Source: a virus (lineage: Duplodnaviria > Caudoviricetes). From it: a stretch of DNA of 41,881 nt. Position 1 is the stretch's first letter. Every line of letters starts with the position of its first letter. Shown one piece after another: positions 16,601 through 25,760 of this stretch. The notes under the pieces were generated by a model that ran no database searches, had not been told where the DNA came from, and was given only the letters and a program-made list of their open reading frames with translations. Location of the stretch: the IMG/VR virus record IMGVR_UViG_3300037760_000326, positions 1-41,881 of that record. One strand, written 5' to 3'. Made by a program: the position numbers and the translations under genes.

Positions 16601-17858
16601 CCAGCGCGTCGGCGAACCCGGTGCGCATGCGGGCGTCGGCTCCGAGCTCGGCCGCCTCTAGCTTGCTGGCGGCCACCCCCTCGCGGCTGTCCGCGGCCCG
16701 CCGCCAGCCGGCCGTGTAGGTCTCGCTGAGCTGGATGCGTCCGTCCATGACGAGCCGGGCGCGCTCGAGCCGGGCCTGCTCCACCTGGAGCGCCTCGGAC
16801 GCCTTGTCCGCGCGGGCGCGGGCGCTGATGGCCTTGGCCTCCGCCTTGGCCAGCTCGGCGGGGGCGCGCGCGTCCACGATCTTGAGCCGGGCCTCCTGGA
16901 CGCCGGTCTGCGCCTGCCCGCGCGCCGCCACGACGTCGAGCCGGCCCTTCTGCTTCAGCTCCTCGAGCCCGGCGCGGTTGAGCGTCCGCTCCTGGTCGAG
17001 CCGGATCTTGTCGCGCAGCCGGGCCGCCTTCTCCGCCTCCTTCATGGCCGCGCGCTGCTCGGCCTGGAGCGTGGCCAGCTCGGACCGGCCCTCGGTGACC
17101 TTCTCGATCCCGCGCTTGGCCGCCCGGCCGCCGGCCGACAGGAGCGCCATGCCGGCGCCGGCCGCGCCGCCCCACAGCGCGCCCTCCTTGGCCCCGGCAA
17201 GGAACGCCTCGGCGGATAGCTCCTTGTCGTGGAGCACGGACTCGCTGAGCACGTGCCCGGCGCCGTAGAGCGCGCCCTCGACGGCGTAGCCCGCGGTGGC
17301 GCGCGCGAGGCCGCCGCCCGCCGCGATCCGGGCGCCGATCTGGCTGGCCATGCCGGCAGGGGTAGCCCGCGCCAGCGCGCCCACAGCGCCCGTGCCGCCC
17401 GACAGGACCGCCGGGGCCACGACGCCAGCGATCGTGCCGGCCACGCCGGCTTCCGGGTTCGCCTCGAGCCGCTCGCGCCGGTCTGCGGTGTAGTCGTCGC
17501 CCCAGATCGTGTCCGTGATCGCGCCGGTGGCCCCGAACGTGGCGGTGTCCAGGCCCTGCTCGACGAAGGTCCCGACGGCGCCGAGCGCGCCGCCGTGCTC
17601 GCGCTCGATGCGCGCGGCGCGCTCGGCGGCGCGGATCTCCGCCTCCGTCTGCGGCCTGGCGCTGTACTGCCGCTCAAGAAGGGGCAGAGCCCCATGGGAC
17701 ACCTGCGCCGCGACGGTCTCATCTCCGAGGCTGGCCTGGATCGGGATGCTGGTGCCTGGATCCGGTGGATCATAGAGACCCGTCGCCAGCGCATCGGCGA
17801 CCGCGCTGGCCGAGATGTCGACCATCTGCCCGGTCGCCTTGAGGCGAAGCTCCGGCAT
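13665..17858 (-). CDS. Large internal virion/ejection polyvalent protein with ParB-like, GNAT and ADP-ribosyltransferase domains
   Basis: Gly/Ala hydrophobic helices and coiled coil, DGRHRL (16026-16043), QRQGLA (15675-15692), FRG / LSTS / EAE (15323-15090). Third of three post-nozzle genes. Confidence 0.85.
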   Translation of the reverse strand: MPELRLKATGQMVDISASAVADALATGLYDPPDPGTSIPIQASLGDETVAAQVSHGALPLLERQYSARPQTEAEIRAAERAARIEREHGGALGAVGTFVEQGLDTATFGATGAITDTIWGDDYTADRRERLEANPEAGVAGTIAGVVAPAVLSGGTGAVGALARATPAGMASQIGARIAAGGGLARATAGYAVEGALYGAGHVLSESVLHDKELSAEAFLAGAKEGALWGGAAGAGMALLSAGGRAAKRGIEKVTEGRSELATLQAEQRAAMKEAEKAARLRDKIRLDQERTLNRAGLEELKQKGRLDVVAARGQAQTGVQEARLKIVDARAPAELAKAEAKAISARARADKASEALQVEQARLERARLVMDGRIQLSETYTAGWRRAADSREGVAASKLEAAELGADARMRTGFADALVKSGREDAGYLIEELIPAKLRTPAAEKAAKGELLNQTARVAAATDDLVRQADEMMSLNPALEPELRALRDRAAESSPTMRDWADKQAGARRFQEEHLDDLRSAGFTAPERAPAPTKMPTYESLPPGEADEWFVTRTVPIEELKPNLIAIEGVIPGRMENIRRGLDEGVKLDPVDISITPSGKLFVNDGRHRLRVAAERGDDVEVRFSRGSEGTEAGTDPLFPGDAPMFPQAGAGAAPGDDVIEIGGKQLRMETRTEAVGTTERLHVELKRTLGDGEEVVVGNAEFRLRDGELYPHNVQVQPNFQRQGLATRMYEKAEALTGKKIVPSRTQTPEGKALSESYAVRRAAPKGSPIQHGDVTQAERTAVMDYTGPEYASVNTYLRGAPEGTPLSDPSFTVSAEGRTIGETVEQLDALIGRSVVQDDMTVFRGVTDREGQLATLAPGSVLQDKAYLSTSISEDFARNWASKDHPGATLFRIEVPKGSKAAHASQIIGRPGAARTHEAEVLLPRNARIEVLDVTTTGGERNVRARLMPEPEPRPAMADAPSTEFQAGLETVRAAEQAQYDLAQAIRPYLDDVAGMSLDDAIKGMDDAIALQDDIVTGAALRQAEAKASLDDTLRTLDEESIAGAIGPAPGAPAPAPAAGRRRAGAGEGIAVLDLLAGVGGLPNANDIPVVGPLLSVYLKYRAVAGALGKLGIRVGGPVANIARTAASTQDRAAQAVQLLVRGAEKGAPVVRRSAAPLTSTLSRPLWDPVEDDAPAKAPARPATDRDVKPAKKDPQKLFEKRQEEILRATADPEATKREIAASVPAPPALANAIAEAMYRRFDFLLGVMPQDPRPPMLKPTPYQYPIAELRRFADALWAVTEPLSVLDDLMVGAVSPIAAKALREVFPRFYQQIQEELIEQVATSSKPIPYERKGNLALVFDVALDGTMTPEYRAARQQEYVMAAQAAPPAGGGGPQLKLSQQDELGPMRRAMR

Positions 17859-20027
17859 CTACTGCCCCACCACCAGTCGGTAGATCTCTTCTGGGCGGGC
17901 AGCGCCGCTCATGAACAGGTTCAGGATCCGCATGCGCTTGCTGAATGCGGGGTCCTGCTGCTCCTTGAGCAGCTGCTCGGTACCTCGCTTCTCGATGCGT
18001 GCCTTCCACTCGCTCGCCGCGCGCTCGGCCATCTGGTTCACGACGCCGAGCGCCTCCTCGGCGGACAGGCGGCCAGCGGCACGCTCGGCGTCGATCGCCT
18101 GTCCCCACGTGGACAGCTCCTCGACGCTGGGCTTCTTGCGCAGCAGTTCTGGGACTGCCAGGTTCTTGCGCTCGAGCTCCTTGGCCCGCAGCGACTTGCC
18201 CGCCGGCGTGTCCAGCTCCGAGCCCGGAGGCAGTGGAGCCGTGAGTACGTCGACGTTCTCCTCCTTGGTCCGCTCCTTCGCCGCGAGAGGCTCCAGCTTG
18301 GGAGGCTCGTACCAGTCCGCCTTGGGATCCTCGCCGCGGATCATGTCGTTCAGCCCATTGATCGCGTTCTGCCGTGACTTCTTCCAGCCCGCGATCGGGT
18401 CGCGGATCTCCGTCGGGTCTTCACTGCCGAGCATCTTGCTGACGAGCTCGATGTCCTGCGCGCTGAGGACACCGAGGTTGTAGGCGTCCTTCGCGGCGAG
18501 CATGATGGCGCCCTGGTTGGCCTGCATCGCGCGCCATTCGGGGGAGCGAACCAGGTCGCTCGACCATCCGTGCTTCTCGCGGAGCAAGATCATCTCGTCG
18601 AGCAGACGGACCGTCGTGTCGGTCGATGACTTCATCGTGGCGATCTTGTTTCGCGTCTCCGTGTTCGCCGCCTGGAATGAGACCTTCTCCTCCTTGCCCG
18701 TCTCTGGATTCACTCTGGTCGTGGTGAGGCCACCGACGGCACGCTCTTCGGTCAACTTCGCCAGTTCCGCCTTGGACTTGGCCAGGTCAACCGCCTGCTT
18801 CTCATCGACAGGACGATTCGGGTCGGGCGAGTAGCCTCCCGGAGCCGCCGGGTCGGGCAAGAACCCCTTCGTGAGCATCTGAGCATCGCGGCCCCGCTGC
18901 TGCTCGACGAGCTGCGCCCGCGCGTTTGCGATCTGGGCGCGCCGGGCGCGCACCTGCTCGTTGTAGGCGCGATCGGCGGTGACGCCTTGCTGCAGCATCT
19001 CGGCGCCCTTCTGCTGGAGCTGGCCGATGAACGCGTCGGCGTTCGCTTTCACCGTGGCCGACTGCGTCTTGGCCGCGATCTTGGCGACGTCGCGCTCGAG
19101 GCGGCCCAGGTGGGCGGCCATGCGCGTGTTGTACTCGCCGAGCCGGCTGGTCGACACGGTGCGGAAGTCGGCGATCTCGTCCGACTTCATGCCGATGGCG
19201 GAGCCGAGCTGGTCGCGCTCGGCGAGCTGGAGCTGGACGTCCTGATCGAGCGTCTTCAGGAGCAGGTCCATGGCCGGGTTCGCCTCGTCGGCCTTGGTGA
19301 ACGCCGCGCCGATCGCGCCGAGGGCGAGGCCGATGCCGGCCAGCACCTTGTCGCCGGTGTCCATCTGGCGGTAGACGCGCCCGCGGTCCACCTTCCAGTT
19401 CTTGAACCGGTCCACCATGGTCCGCTTCTCGCTGAGCAGGAACGCCTCCTCCTTCTGGCGGTAGGCGGCGAACTGCTCCTTCTGCGTCTGGACCTGGCCG
19501 ATCGCCTGCTCGGCCTGGTCGTAGGCGCCGACAAGCTCGGCGGAGCCGGCCGCCTGCGCCGCGGCGCCGGCCTGGGTGGCCTCCGCCTGCGTCTGGAGGC
19601 CCTGCAGGCCCATCGCGGCGGCCTGGGTGGCGTTCTGCGGGATCGCCTCGGGGATGACCGAGGGCGGCGCGGTGGGCGCCAGCGGCGCGGGCGCCGGAGC
19701 AGCGGCGGGGCCCGGAGTTGGCGCCTCGGGCAGCGGCGGAGCAGCGGGCGCGCCCGGCGCAAGCAGGTCCGGAGAGGCGGGCAGCGGAGCGGCGGGCTCC
19801 TGGCCGGGCGGCAGGAGGTCGGGCGCGGGCTGCTCGGACGGCATTCCCGGCGCGAGCAGGTCGGGGGCCGGCGCGCCCGCGTCCTGCGGCGGCAGGAGGT
19901 CGGGCGCGGGGGCCGTCCCGGACGGTGGAAGGAAGGGCTGGGCGTGCTCCTTCGCGACCTCGACCTGCCGGCCGTCGTCCGTCAACATCGTGACGGTTGC
20001 GCCGTTGTCTGCGATCAGGGTCGGCAC
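17859..20027 (-). CDS. Internal virion/ejection protein with Pro-rich N-terminus
   Basis: GTG start abutting the upstream TAG. PDLL repeats, long helical Q/A/E-rich body, one hydrophobic segment. Confidence 0.7.
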   Translation of the reverse strand: MPTLIADNGATVTMLTDDGRQVEVAKEHAQPFLPPSGTAPAPDLLPPQDAGAPAPDLLAPGMPSEQPAPDLLPPGQEPAAPLPASPDLLAPGAPAAPPLPEAPTPGPAAAPAPAPLAPTAPPSVIPEAIPQNATQAAAMGLQGLQTQAEATQAGAAAQAAGSAELVGAYDQAEQAIGQVQTQKEQFAAYRQKEEAFLLSEKRTMVDRFKNWKVDRGRVYRQMDTGDKVLAGIGLALGAIGAAFTKADEANPAMDLLLKTLDQDVQLQLAERDQLGSAIGMKSDEIADFRTVSTSRLGEYNTRMAAHLGRLERDVAKIAAKTQSATVKANADAFIGQLQQKGAEMLQQGVTADRAYNEQVRARRAQIANARAQLVEQQRGRDAQMLTKGFLPDPAAPGGYSPDPNRPVDEKQAVDLAKSKAELAKLTEERAVGGLTTTRVNPETGKEEKVSFQAANTETRNKIATMKSSTDTTVRLLDEMILLREKHGWSSDLVRSPEWRAMQANQGAIMLAAKDAYNLGVLSAQDIELVSKMLGSEDPTEIRDPIAGWKKSRQNAINGLNDMIRGEDPKADWYEPPKLEPLAAKERTKEENVDVLTAPLPPGSELDTPAGKSLRAKELERKNLAVPELLRKKPSVEELSTWGQAIDAERAAGRLSAEEALGVVNQMAERAASEWKARIEKRGTEQLLKEQQDPAFSKRMRILNLFMSGAARPEEIYRLVVGQ

Positions 20028-21164
20028 CTACTTCTGCTTCGCCTTCTCCATCGCGCGCACGCGCTGGTTGAGCCGGGCCACGGAGGCGAGCGCGGCGCTG
20101 ATGCCCGCCGAGACATCGATGTACTTGCCGTCCTTCTCCTCGCGCACGATGCGGCGGCCCGCCTCCGACTTCTCGAGGTCGGTGGTCATGATGCCGGCCC
20201 GGCGGCCCTCGCCGTGTGCGGCCTCGTCCTTGTAGCGCCACGTCGACGGCGCCAGCCGATCGAGCATTTTGTCGATCGAACGCGACACCGTGCGCACGTC
20301 CTTCTTGAGCTGCGGATCGGACGCGGTGGCGTAGGACTCTGCGGCCTTTCCGGCCGAGGTGAGCACCTGGCCCATAAACTCGCGGCCCCAACCCGTATCG
20401 AAGTTGCCGACCTTGAGGCCTTCCTGCTGGAGGCGGCCCTGCATCTCGGCCACGGAGATGTTGAACAGCTGGGCCATGTACGCGATCTGGGCCTGGTCGT
20501 TCATGCCCGTCTGCGTGAGCTTCGCCTGCATGTCGGCGAGCGAGCGCGCCTGGTCGAGCCCGGCCTGCTGGAACACGCGTTGGTTCTGCGCGTCCATATT
20601 GGCCAGGTTCATGCCCTGCGTGAGCTGCGCGTTCTGCCCGGCCACCGAGATGTCAGCGCCGCGTCCCTGGCCGAGCACCGAGCCCAGCTGAGCGTTCGCC
20701 GCGGCCTGGTCGCCCATCGCCGCCTGCGCGGACTGGCCGGCCACGTTGAGCCCGATCTCGCCCGCGTTGCGCGCCGCCGAGCGCGCCGCCCCGGCCGCGC
20801 CACTGCCGCGCCCCATGCGAGCCATCGCCTGCTGCTGAGCCACCGCGCGCTGGCCCTGCCGGATGGTGGCCAGCTCGCCGGCGCCCGCCTGCTGGCCGGT
20901 GGCGACCCCCGTGAGCCGGTTGGCCAGGGCCAGCTCGCGCTGGCGGAACTGGTTCTGCGGCGCGGTAGCGAGCTGCGCCGCCCGTCCGGTGGCCACTGGT
21001 CCGACCGTGACCTGCTGAGATTGCGGCGCCGCCCGGTTGCGGGCCTCGGCCTCGCGGATCTCCAGCATCCGCCGGAGCTTCTCGGCGTCGTCGATCCGGC
21101 CAGCGTTGGGGTCGATGTCGGCCTTCTGCCCCTCGCCCCACGAAAACGGGTTATACCACGCCAT
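20028..21164 (-). CDS. Pilot/DNA-transfer-like protein with C-terminal peptidase S74 autocleaving chaperone
   Basis: Q/A/N-rich helical body, then SDPQLKKDV...LAPSTWRYK...GIMTTDLE...coiled coil. AGGAG SD. Confidence 0.8.
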   Translation of the reverse strand: MAWYNPFSWGEGQKADIDPNAGRIDDAEKLRRMLEIREAEARNRAAPQSQQVTVGPVATGRAAQLATAPQNQFRQRELALANRLTGVATGQQAGAGELATIRQGQRAVAQQQAMARMGRGSGAAGAARSAARNAGEIGLNVAGQSAQAAMGDQAAANAQLGSVLGQGRGADISVAGQNAQLTQGMNLANMDAQNQRVFQQAGLDQARSLADMQAKLTQTGMNDQAQIAYMAQLFNISVAEMQGRLQQEGLKVGNFDTGWGREFMGQVLTSAGKAAESYATASDPQLKKDVRTVSRSIDKMLDRLAPSTWRYKDEAAHGEGRRAGIMTTDLEKSEAGRRIVREEKDGKYIDVSAGISAALASVARLNQRVRAMEKAKQK

Positions 21165-21173
21165 GTTACGCTC

Positions 21174-24100
21174 CTAGTAGACCCGCGCCTCTTCGACGCC
21201 GTAGCTGGACCGCTGCACTCCGCCGGTGAGGTGCAGCTCGGAGAGCTCGAACGAAGCGCCGAACTCTCCGGTGGGCTCCACGTCCTCGAACCTGAAGCGC
21301 ACCGCCTCGCACTCCTGACCGACGTGGATCTGAAACTGATATCGGGTGTCATTGACGCCGCCGTAGGGGCCGGCGCCGTACGCGCCCGCGCCGTAGGGCG
21401 ACACGACGCGCGCCTCGGCCGGGTCGATGATGATCGGCGGCCCGCTCCAGCCCTCCTCGTAGTCGAACGCCATGAACACGCGGAGCTGGTGGTCGGTCTT
21501 GAACTCGCCGATCACGGTCACCCACCACAGGAACTGCCACCCCTGCATGTGCCCGGCGAGGTTGAGATTGGCAGTCTCCATCGCCATGCGAATCTGGCTG
21601 TTGTTGTCGCGGTAGACGGACTCGGTCTCGAGGAACACGCGGCCGTCGTTGCGCAGGTAGAAGTACGAGCCATCGACCAGGATGGCGTCCTGGCCCTCGT
21701 GGTTCGTGAACGTCGACCACTGGCCGAGCCCGTCGGGGCCGGTGGCCTGGTAGTCGTAGAGGAGCGACTTGCCCGCTTCGGTGAGGAACCGGATCTGCGT
21801 CTTGTCCTCGATGAGCGTGCATGCCACGACGCGCTGGCGGTTGAACGCCTCCACCGCGGCTCCGACGTAGCTCACGCTGAAGTCCCGGCCGAGCAGGTAG
21901 ATGCCCTTCTGGCTCTGGAAGCAGACGCCGATCGGCGTGTAGCCCACCGAGTCGGGCGAGACGCACCCGACGTCGCTGGTGATGAGCTTGGGCTGGGTGA
22001 AGCCGTCGCCCGCCTCGGGCAGCGCGAGCGGACCGGCGCCGCCGATCCCGAACACGCCCGTCTCCTTGAACGCGATCAGGGCGTCGTCCATCACGATGAG
22101 CCCGTTGATGTCGCCGCCGAACGGGTCCACCTCGATGAACAGGTCGGGGCTGAACTCGGCCGCGAACCCGTCGGACAGCTCCTGGCTGAAGTACACGCGG
22201 TTGGGCTGCGATGAATCGACGACGAACAGGCGGTTCTTTCCGCCGGCGATGAGGCGCGCGGCGCCGAGCGGGTCGTTGGGCGGGATGCCGCCGTTGGTGT
22301 ACAGCGGGTCCTGCCGCTCGAGCGTGGCGTCGTCCATCTCGTCGCGAAACGAGACGGTGTCGGCGTCCGGGTCGTTGGCGACGTAGCCGTTGATCTGCCC
22401 GGCCGTGGTCGGGTCGAGCGACGACACGCGGCTGAGCACCGACGAGTCACCGTTGAGCGAGCGGAACACCCCGATGCGCGCGCCGGGCTTGGTGGGCCAG
22501 CGGTAGGTCGGGATCTCCAGCTCGACGAAGCTGATGTCATCGGGCACCTCGACGAGCATCAGGGGCGACGTCGGGCCGCGCTCGACCTCACCGTTGGCCA
22601 GCACGTGCTCGTAGACGAACACGTAGCCGTAGACGCCCTCGGAAATAGCCGGGCCGCTGGTCGCCGGACTGCCCGTGGTCGGGTCCGGGATGTCGTCCGG
22701 GGCCACGTGGAAGCCGGCCTCGGTGATGCGCACGCCGTCGTACGCCTGCACCAGGCCGCCGGCGATGTAGAGCGTCTTGCCGAGCTGCGCCGAGCGGAAG
22801 GCGTCGGGCGACAGGAAGTCGAGCGAGACCCGGCGCACGCCCTTCTCGGTGAACACGTCGCCGCCGGGGCTCTCGACGTCGACCACGTAGATTCCGGCGA
22901 AGCAGACCGCGCGGCCCTCGGGGCTCAGCTCGAGGCCGACCGATGGCAGGTGTGGCTTGGTGAGCTTGCCGCCGGCCAGGCCGGGCAGGAAGCGGGCGAC
23001 CGCGAGCCCGTCGGAGACGCGCTGGCCGAAGTAGGTGCGGTAGAGCGTGGTGTCGTGCTGGGTGATGACGTAGGCGTCGCCGTCGTCGAGGAAGGCCTTG
23101 CCGCCGAGCACCAGGCCGAGCTGGGTGCGCTCGGCGAGCAGCGTGAGCCCGGCGGGGTTGTTGTCGACCTTGAGCGCGCGCACGCGGTCCTGGCCGGCCT
23201 CGTCGCACTCGGCCACGATCCACAGCTCGCGGTGACCGGACGCCGACGACTCCTCGAGGAAGACGACGGTCATGCGCTGCGCATCGCCCGCCACGTTGCC
23301 CTCGATGGTGCGCAACACGAACTCCTGCACCAGGTCGGAGTCGAGCACGATGTACTTCTTGTCCGATTCGCCCATGGCGACGGCCACGCGACGGTCGGCG
23401 TCGGTCTTGTCGATCGCCACCGCCACGCAGTTGCCCGGCTGCTGGCTGATCGCGATCGGGACCGGCAGGCCCAGCCCAGCGCCGCCGATGGCGCCCTGCT
23501 GGTGGATGTAGGCGACGCCGACGTGGCCGTCGGTGTTGTGCCACGCGATCACGGCCTTCTCGTCGTCGGTGTCGACGTCGTAGTGCGGCGCGGCGCCGTT
23601 GATGCTGGTGAGCAGGATGTTCTCGGTCGGCGCAGCGGTCGGGTCGGCCGGCTCGATGCGCCAGACCCGGATCTCCTGGGCGGCGGTGCGCACCCAGTAG
23701 AGGTGCAGGAACGCACCGACCGCGTGGCAGCGCGGCCGCTCGCCGCCGTCGTCGACCTGAGTGGGCGGGACCAGCGCGCGGCCGGTGTAGTCGTCGAGCA
23801 GCGCGTACCAGACGCCGCCTCGCGAGTCCTCCCACGCGTAGAGCGCGACGCCGGCCAGGGTGGCCATGTCGGCCAGGGTCTGGTCGGAGCCCGTCTTGGC
23901 GACTGCCTCGTGGTCGCAGATGACCGACTGGATGTCGCCGGCCTTGACCCAGGCGGACGCGTCGTCGATGAAGCTGTAGGACTCGGTGCCGGTGAAGGCG
24001 AGCAGCTCGAATCCTCGCCGGCCGAGCGCGATGGGCTGCGGGAGTGGATCTACCGACCCCATCACCACGGCTCCGAGATCCTCGTAGCCGTTGCGCTTGA

Positions 24101-24233
24101 CGAACGAGATCGCCTTGGAGAACACGGCGTTCTCCAGCGCCAGCATCTTCGACGGCAGAACGCCCTTACGGTCCTTCTTGGTCTCAAGTCCTTGAGCAAA
24201 CTGGACGAGGATCTCGCGCTCAGGCAGGGCCAT
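21174..24233 (-). CDS. Tail nozzle / stabilisation protein (T7 gp12- / P22 gp10-like)
   Basis: 1019 aa beta-rich protein with LENAVF, RVYFSQ and SDVGCVSPDSV motifs. Position after adaptor and fibres. Confidence 0.7.
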   Translation of the reverse strand: MALPEREILVQFAQGLETKKDRKGVLPSKMLALENAVFSKAISFVKRNGYEDLGAVVMGSVDPLPQPIALGRRGFELLAFTGTESYSFIDDASAWVKAGDIQSVICDHEAVAKTGSDQTLADMATLAGVALYAWEDSRGGVWYALLDDYTGRALVPPTQVDDGGERPRCHAVGAFLHLYWVRTAAQEIRVWRIEPADPTAAPTENILLTSINGAAPHYDVDTDDEKAVIAWHNTDGHVGVAYIHQQGAIGGAGLGLPVPIAISQQPGNCVAVAIDKTDADRRVAVAMGESDKKYIVLDSDLVQEFVLRTIEGNVAGDAQRMTVVFLEESSASGHRELWIVAECDEAGQDRVRALKVDNNPAGLTLLAERTQLGLVLGGKAFLDDGDAYVITQHDTTLYRTYFGQRVSDGLAVARFLPGLAGGKLTKPHLPSVGLELSPEGRAVCFAGIYVVDVESPGGDVFTEKGVRRVSLDFLSPDAFRSAQLGKTLYIAGGLVQAYDGVRITEAGFHVAPDDIPDPTTGSPATSGPAISEGVYGYVFVYEHVLANGEVERGPTSPLMLVEVPDDISFVELEIPTYRWPTKPGARIGVFRSLNGDSSVLSRVSSLDPTTAGQINGYVANDPDADTVSFRDEMDDATLERQDPLYTNGGIPPNDPLGAARLIAGGKNRLFVVDSSQPNRVYFSQELSDGFAAEFSPDLFIEVDPFGGDINGLIVMDDALIAFKETGVFGIGGAGPLALPEAGDGFTQPKLITSDVGCVSPDSVGYTPIGVCFQSQKGIYLLGRDFSVSYVGAAVEAFNRQRVVACTLIEDKTQIRFLTEAGKSLLYDYQATGPDGLGQWSTFTNHEGQDAILVDGSYFYLRNDGRVFLETESVYRDNNSQIRMAMETANLNLAGHMQGWQFLWWVTVIGEFKTDHQLRVFMAFDYEEGWSGPPIIIDPAEARVVSPYGAGAYGAGPYGGVNDTRYQFQIHVGQECEAVRFRFEDVEPTGEFGASFELSELHLTGGVQRSSYGVEEARVY

Positions 24234-24250
24234 TGACCCCCCGTGGGTGC

Positions 24251-24279
24251 TTGCGCGGGCATGCCCGCATGCTCAAGAT
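24251..24279 (+). promoter_or_regulatory. Possible sigma70-type promoter for a leaderless moron transcript
   Basis: TTGCGC-17 bp-CAAGAT with ATG 7 nt downstream and no SD. Palindrome GCGGGC-AT-GCCCGC spans the -35/spacer. Confidence 0.3.
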
Positions 24280-24285
24280 GACCGA

Positions 24286-24723
24286 ATGCGACTCGGCCTC
24301 CTTCTGGTTGCCCTTGCTGCCTGCTCGGTGCCTCAGCCCAGCAACGAGGAGGTGGATGCGCCGCCCGGCGCGGACGAGGCGGCGGCGATCGTGGTCGCTG
24401 AGTGGAGCGAGCGTCTGGGGGTCGGCCTTGACGTCTCCGAGATGCCTGTCGTGCGGTGGTTCGAGGGGCCATGCCTGGACTACGGGGACGGATGCGAGTC
24501 TGTCGCCGGCGGGCATCTGGATGGCGGATACGCCTACTCCCTGTTCGCCGATGCCGAGATCCACCTGCTGTTCCGTCCCACGGTTCACCAGACCAGCCTC
24601 GTGCACGAGGTGCTGCACTGGGCGCTTGACGAGAGCGGCGTCCACAGCGACGCCAGCCACCGCTCCTGGGCATGGGGAGACGTGGGCGAGGTGATGGTGA
24701 CGCTCGCAGAAGCCGGTCTTTGA
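24286..24723 (+). CDS. Lipoprotein with HExxH zinc-metallopeptidase motif (moron)
   Basis: MRLGLLLVALAA-C lipobox and SLVHEVLHWAL...H. Inserted antisense within the tail operon. Confidence 0.78.
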   Translation: MRLGLLLVALAACSVPQPSNEEVDAPPGADEAAAIVVAEWSERLGVGLDVSEMPVVRWFEGPCLDYGDGCESVAGGHLDGGYAYSLFADAEIHLLFRPTVHQTSLVHEVLHWALDESGVHSDASHRSWAWGDVGEVMVTLAEAGL

Positions 24724-24734
24724 GCTGCTCGGCC

Positions 24735-25760
24735 TCATGCCGCCAGGTAGTTCCCCCCGATGACGATCGTGTAGGTCGCGGAGTTGAGAGCGGACCAGTT
24801 CGTACTCACGGCCACGCCGACATCCTCCTGCAGGATGATCCCGGCCAGGTCGATGCGAGCGAAGCAGCGCGTGGGTGGCGTGGCCGCGCCGATGAACTGG
24901 CACACGGATGCTGAGTGCGTGTTGACCGACGAGACCGAGGGCGTGACGGGCAGCGACGCGGCCGGGATGAGCAGAACGCCTGCCGGGTCGAGAGACGTCG
25001 CCACGATCCGCAGCTGGAAGAACACGAAGTCGCCGAGCCGCATGTAGCGGCCCTGCTGGGCCGAGAATGTCCCGTGCGGCACCCCGTTGTTGTTGAGCGT
25101 GGGCGTGAACGTGCCGGCTGCGATGAGTCGCGTCGCCGCGACTTGGCCCGTGCTGCCAACCTCCAGGACCGCGGCGGCGGCCGGTAGCGCCGTCGGGAGG
25201 ATGAAGTCGTAGCTGGCGGCCAGAGAGTTCGGGCTGCGGATCTTCACCGCGTTGGTGATGCCGCTCGTGCCCTGGAACAGGCGGATGTCCGAGCTGTCGA
25301 TGAACGCGCGGTGGTTCGCGGCGCGCAGGAAGTTGTAGATGCTGGTGCCGCTGTTGAAGTTGGCCTCGCTGCCGCCCGACCCGTAGTCTCCGGTGAAGCC
25401 ACCGAGCAGCGCCGCGTTCAGGCTGTTGCCGCTGGTGAGCTGGACGTCCACGCCGCCTGAGGTGCGCCAGTACAGCTCGTCGTCTGCACTGTTGCAAAAG
25501 AGGGCAGTGGGATAGCCAGTTACGGTGCTGGCCAGTACGGCGGCCAGGTCAACGACCTTGAGCGCGGTCGCGCCGAACCCGGCGAAGCTCAGATCGGCGT
25601 CGATGTCGATGCCCGCGACGGGGACCTTGACGCCCTTGCCCGCGCTGTGGTCGTGCGAGTCGATGACGTCGAGCGATGCGTTCAGCTCGGTGTCCCACGT
25701 GCCGACGGAGCCGTCCGGGTCCGGCTTGGTGAGCACCATGTTCGGCGTCGAAGTCGACAT
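24735..25760 (-). CDS. Tail fibre / spike protein
   Basis: TPNMVLTKP..W..LN...IDSHDH N-terminus and GTFTPTL...GRYMRLGDFVFF C-terminal fibre-tip motif. Confidence 0.7.
   Translation of the reverse strand: MSTSTPNMVLTKPDPDGSVGTWDTELNASLDVIDSHDHSAGKGVKVPVAGIDIDADLSFAGFGATALKVVDLAAVLASTVTGYPTALFCNSADDELYWRTSGGVDVQLTSGNSLNAALLGGFTGDYGSGGSEANFNSGTSIYNFLRAANHRAFIDSSDIRLFQGTSGITNAVKIRSPNSLAASYDFILPTALPAAAAVLEVGSTGQVAATRLIAAGTFTPTLNNNGVPHGTFSAQQGRYMRLGDFVFFQLRIVATSLDPAGVLLIPAASLPVTPSVSSVNTHSASVCQFIGAATPPTRCFARIDLAGIILQEDVGVAVSTNWSALNSATYTIVIGGNYLAA

Noticed and set aside
13665-20027. Tape-measure protein / long tail
   Set aside because: No tail tube, sheath or tail-chaperone frameshift genes. The order adaptor-nozzle-three large helical proteins fits podoviral ejection proteins.
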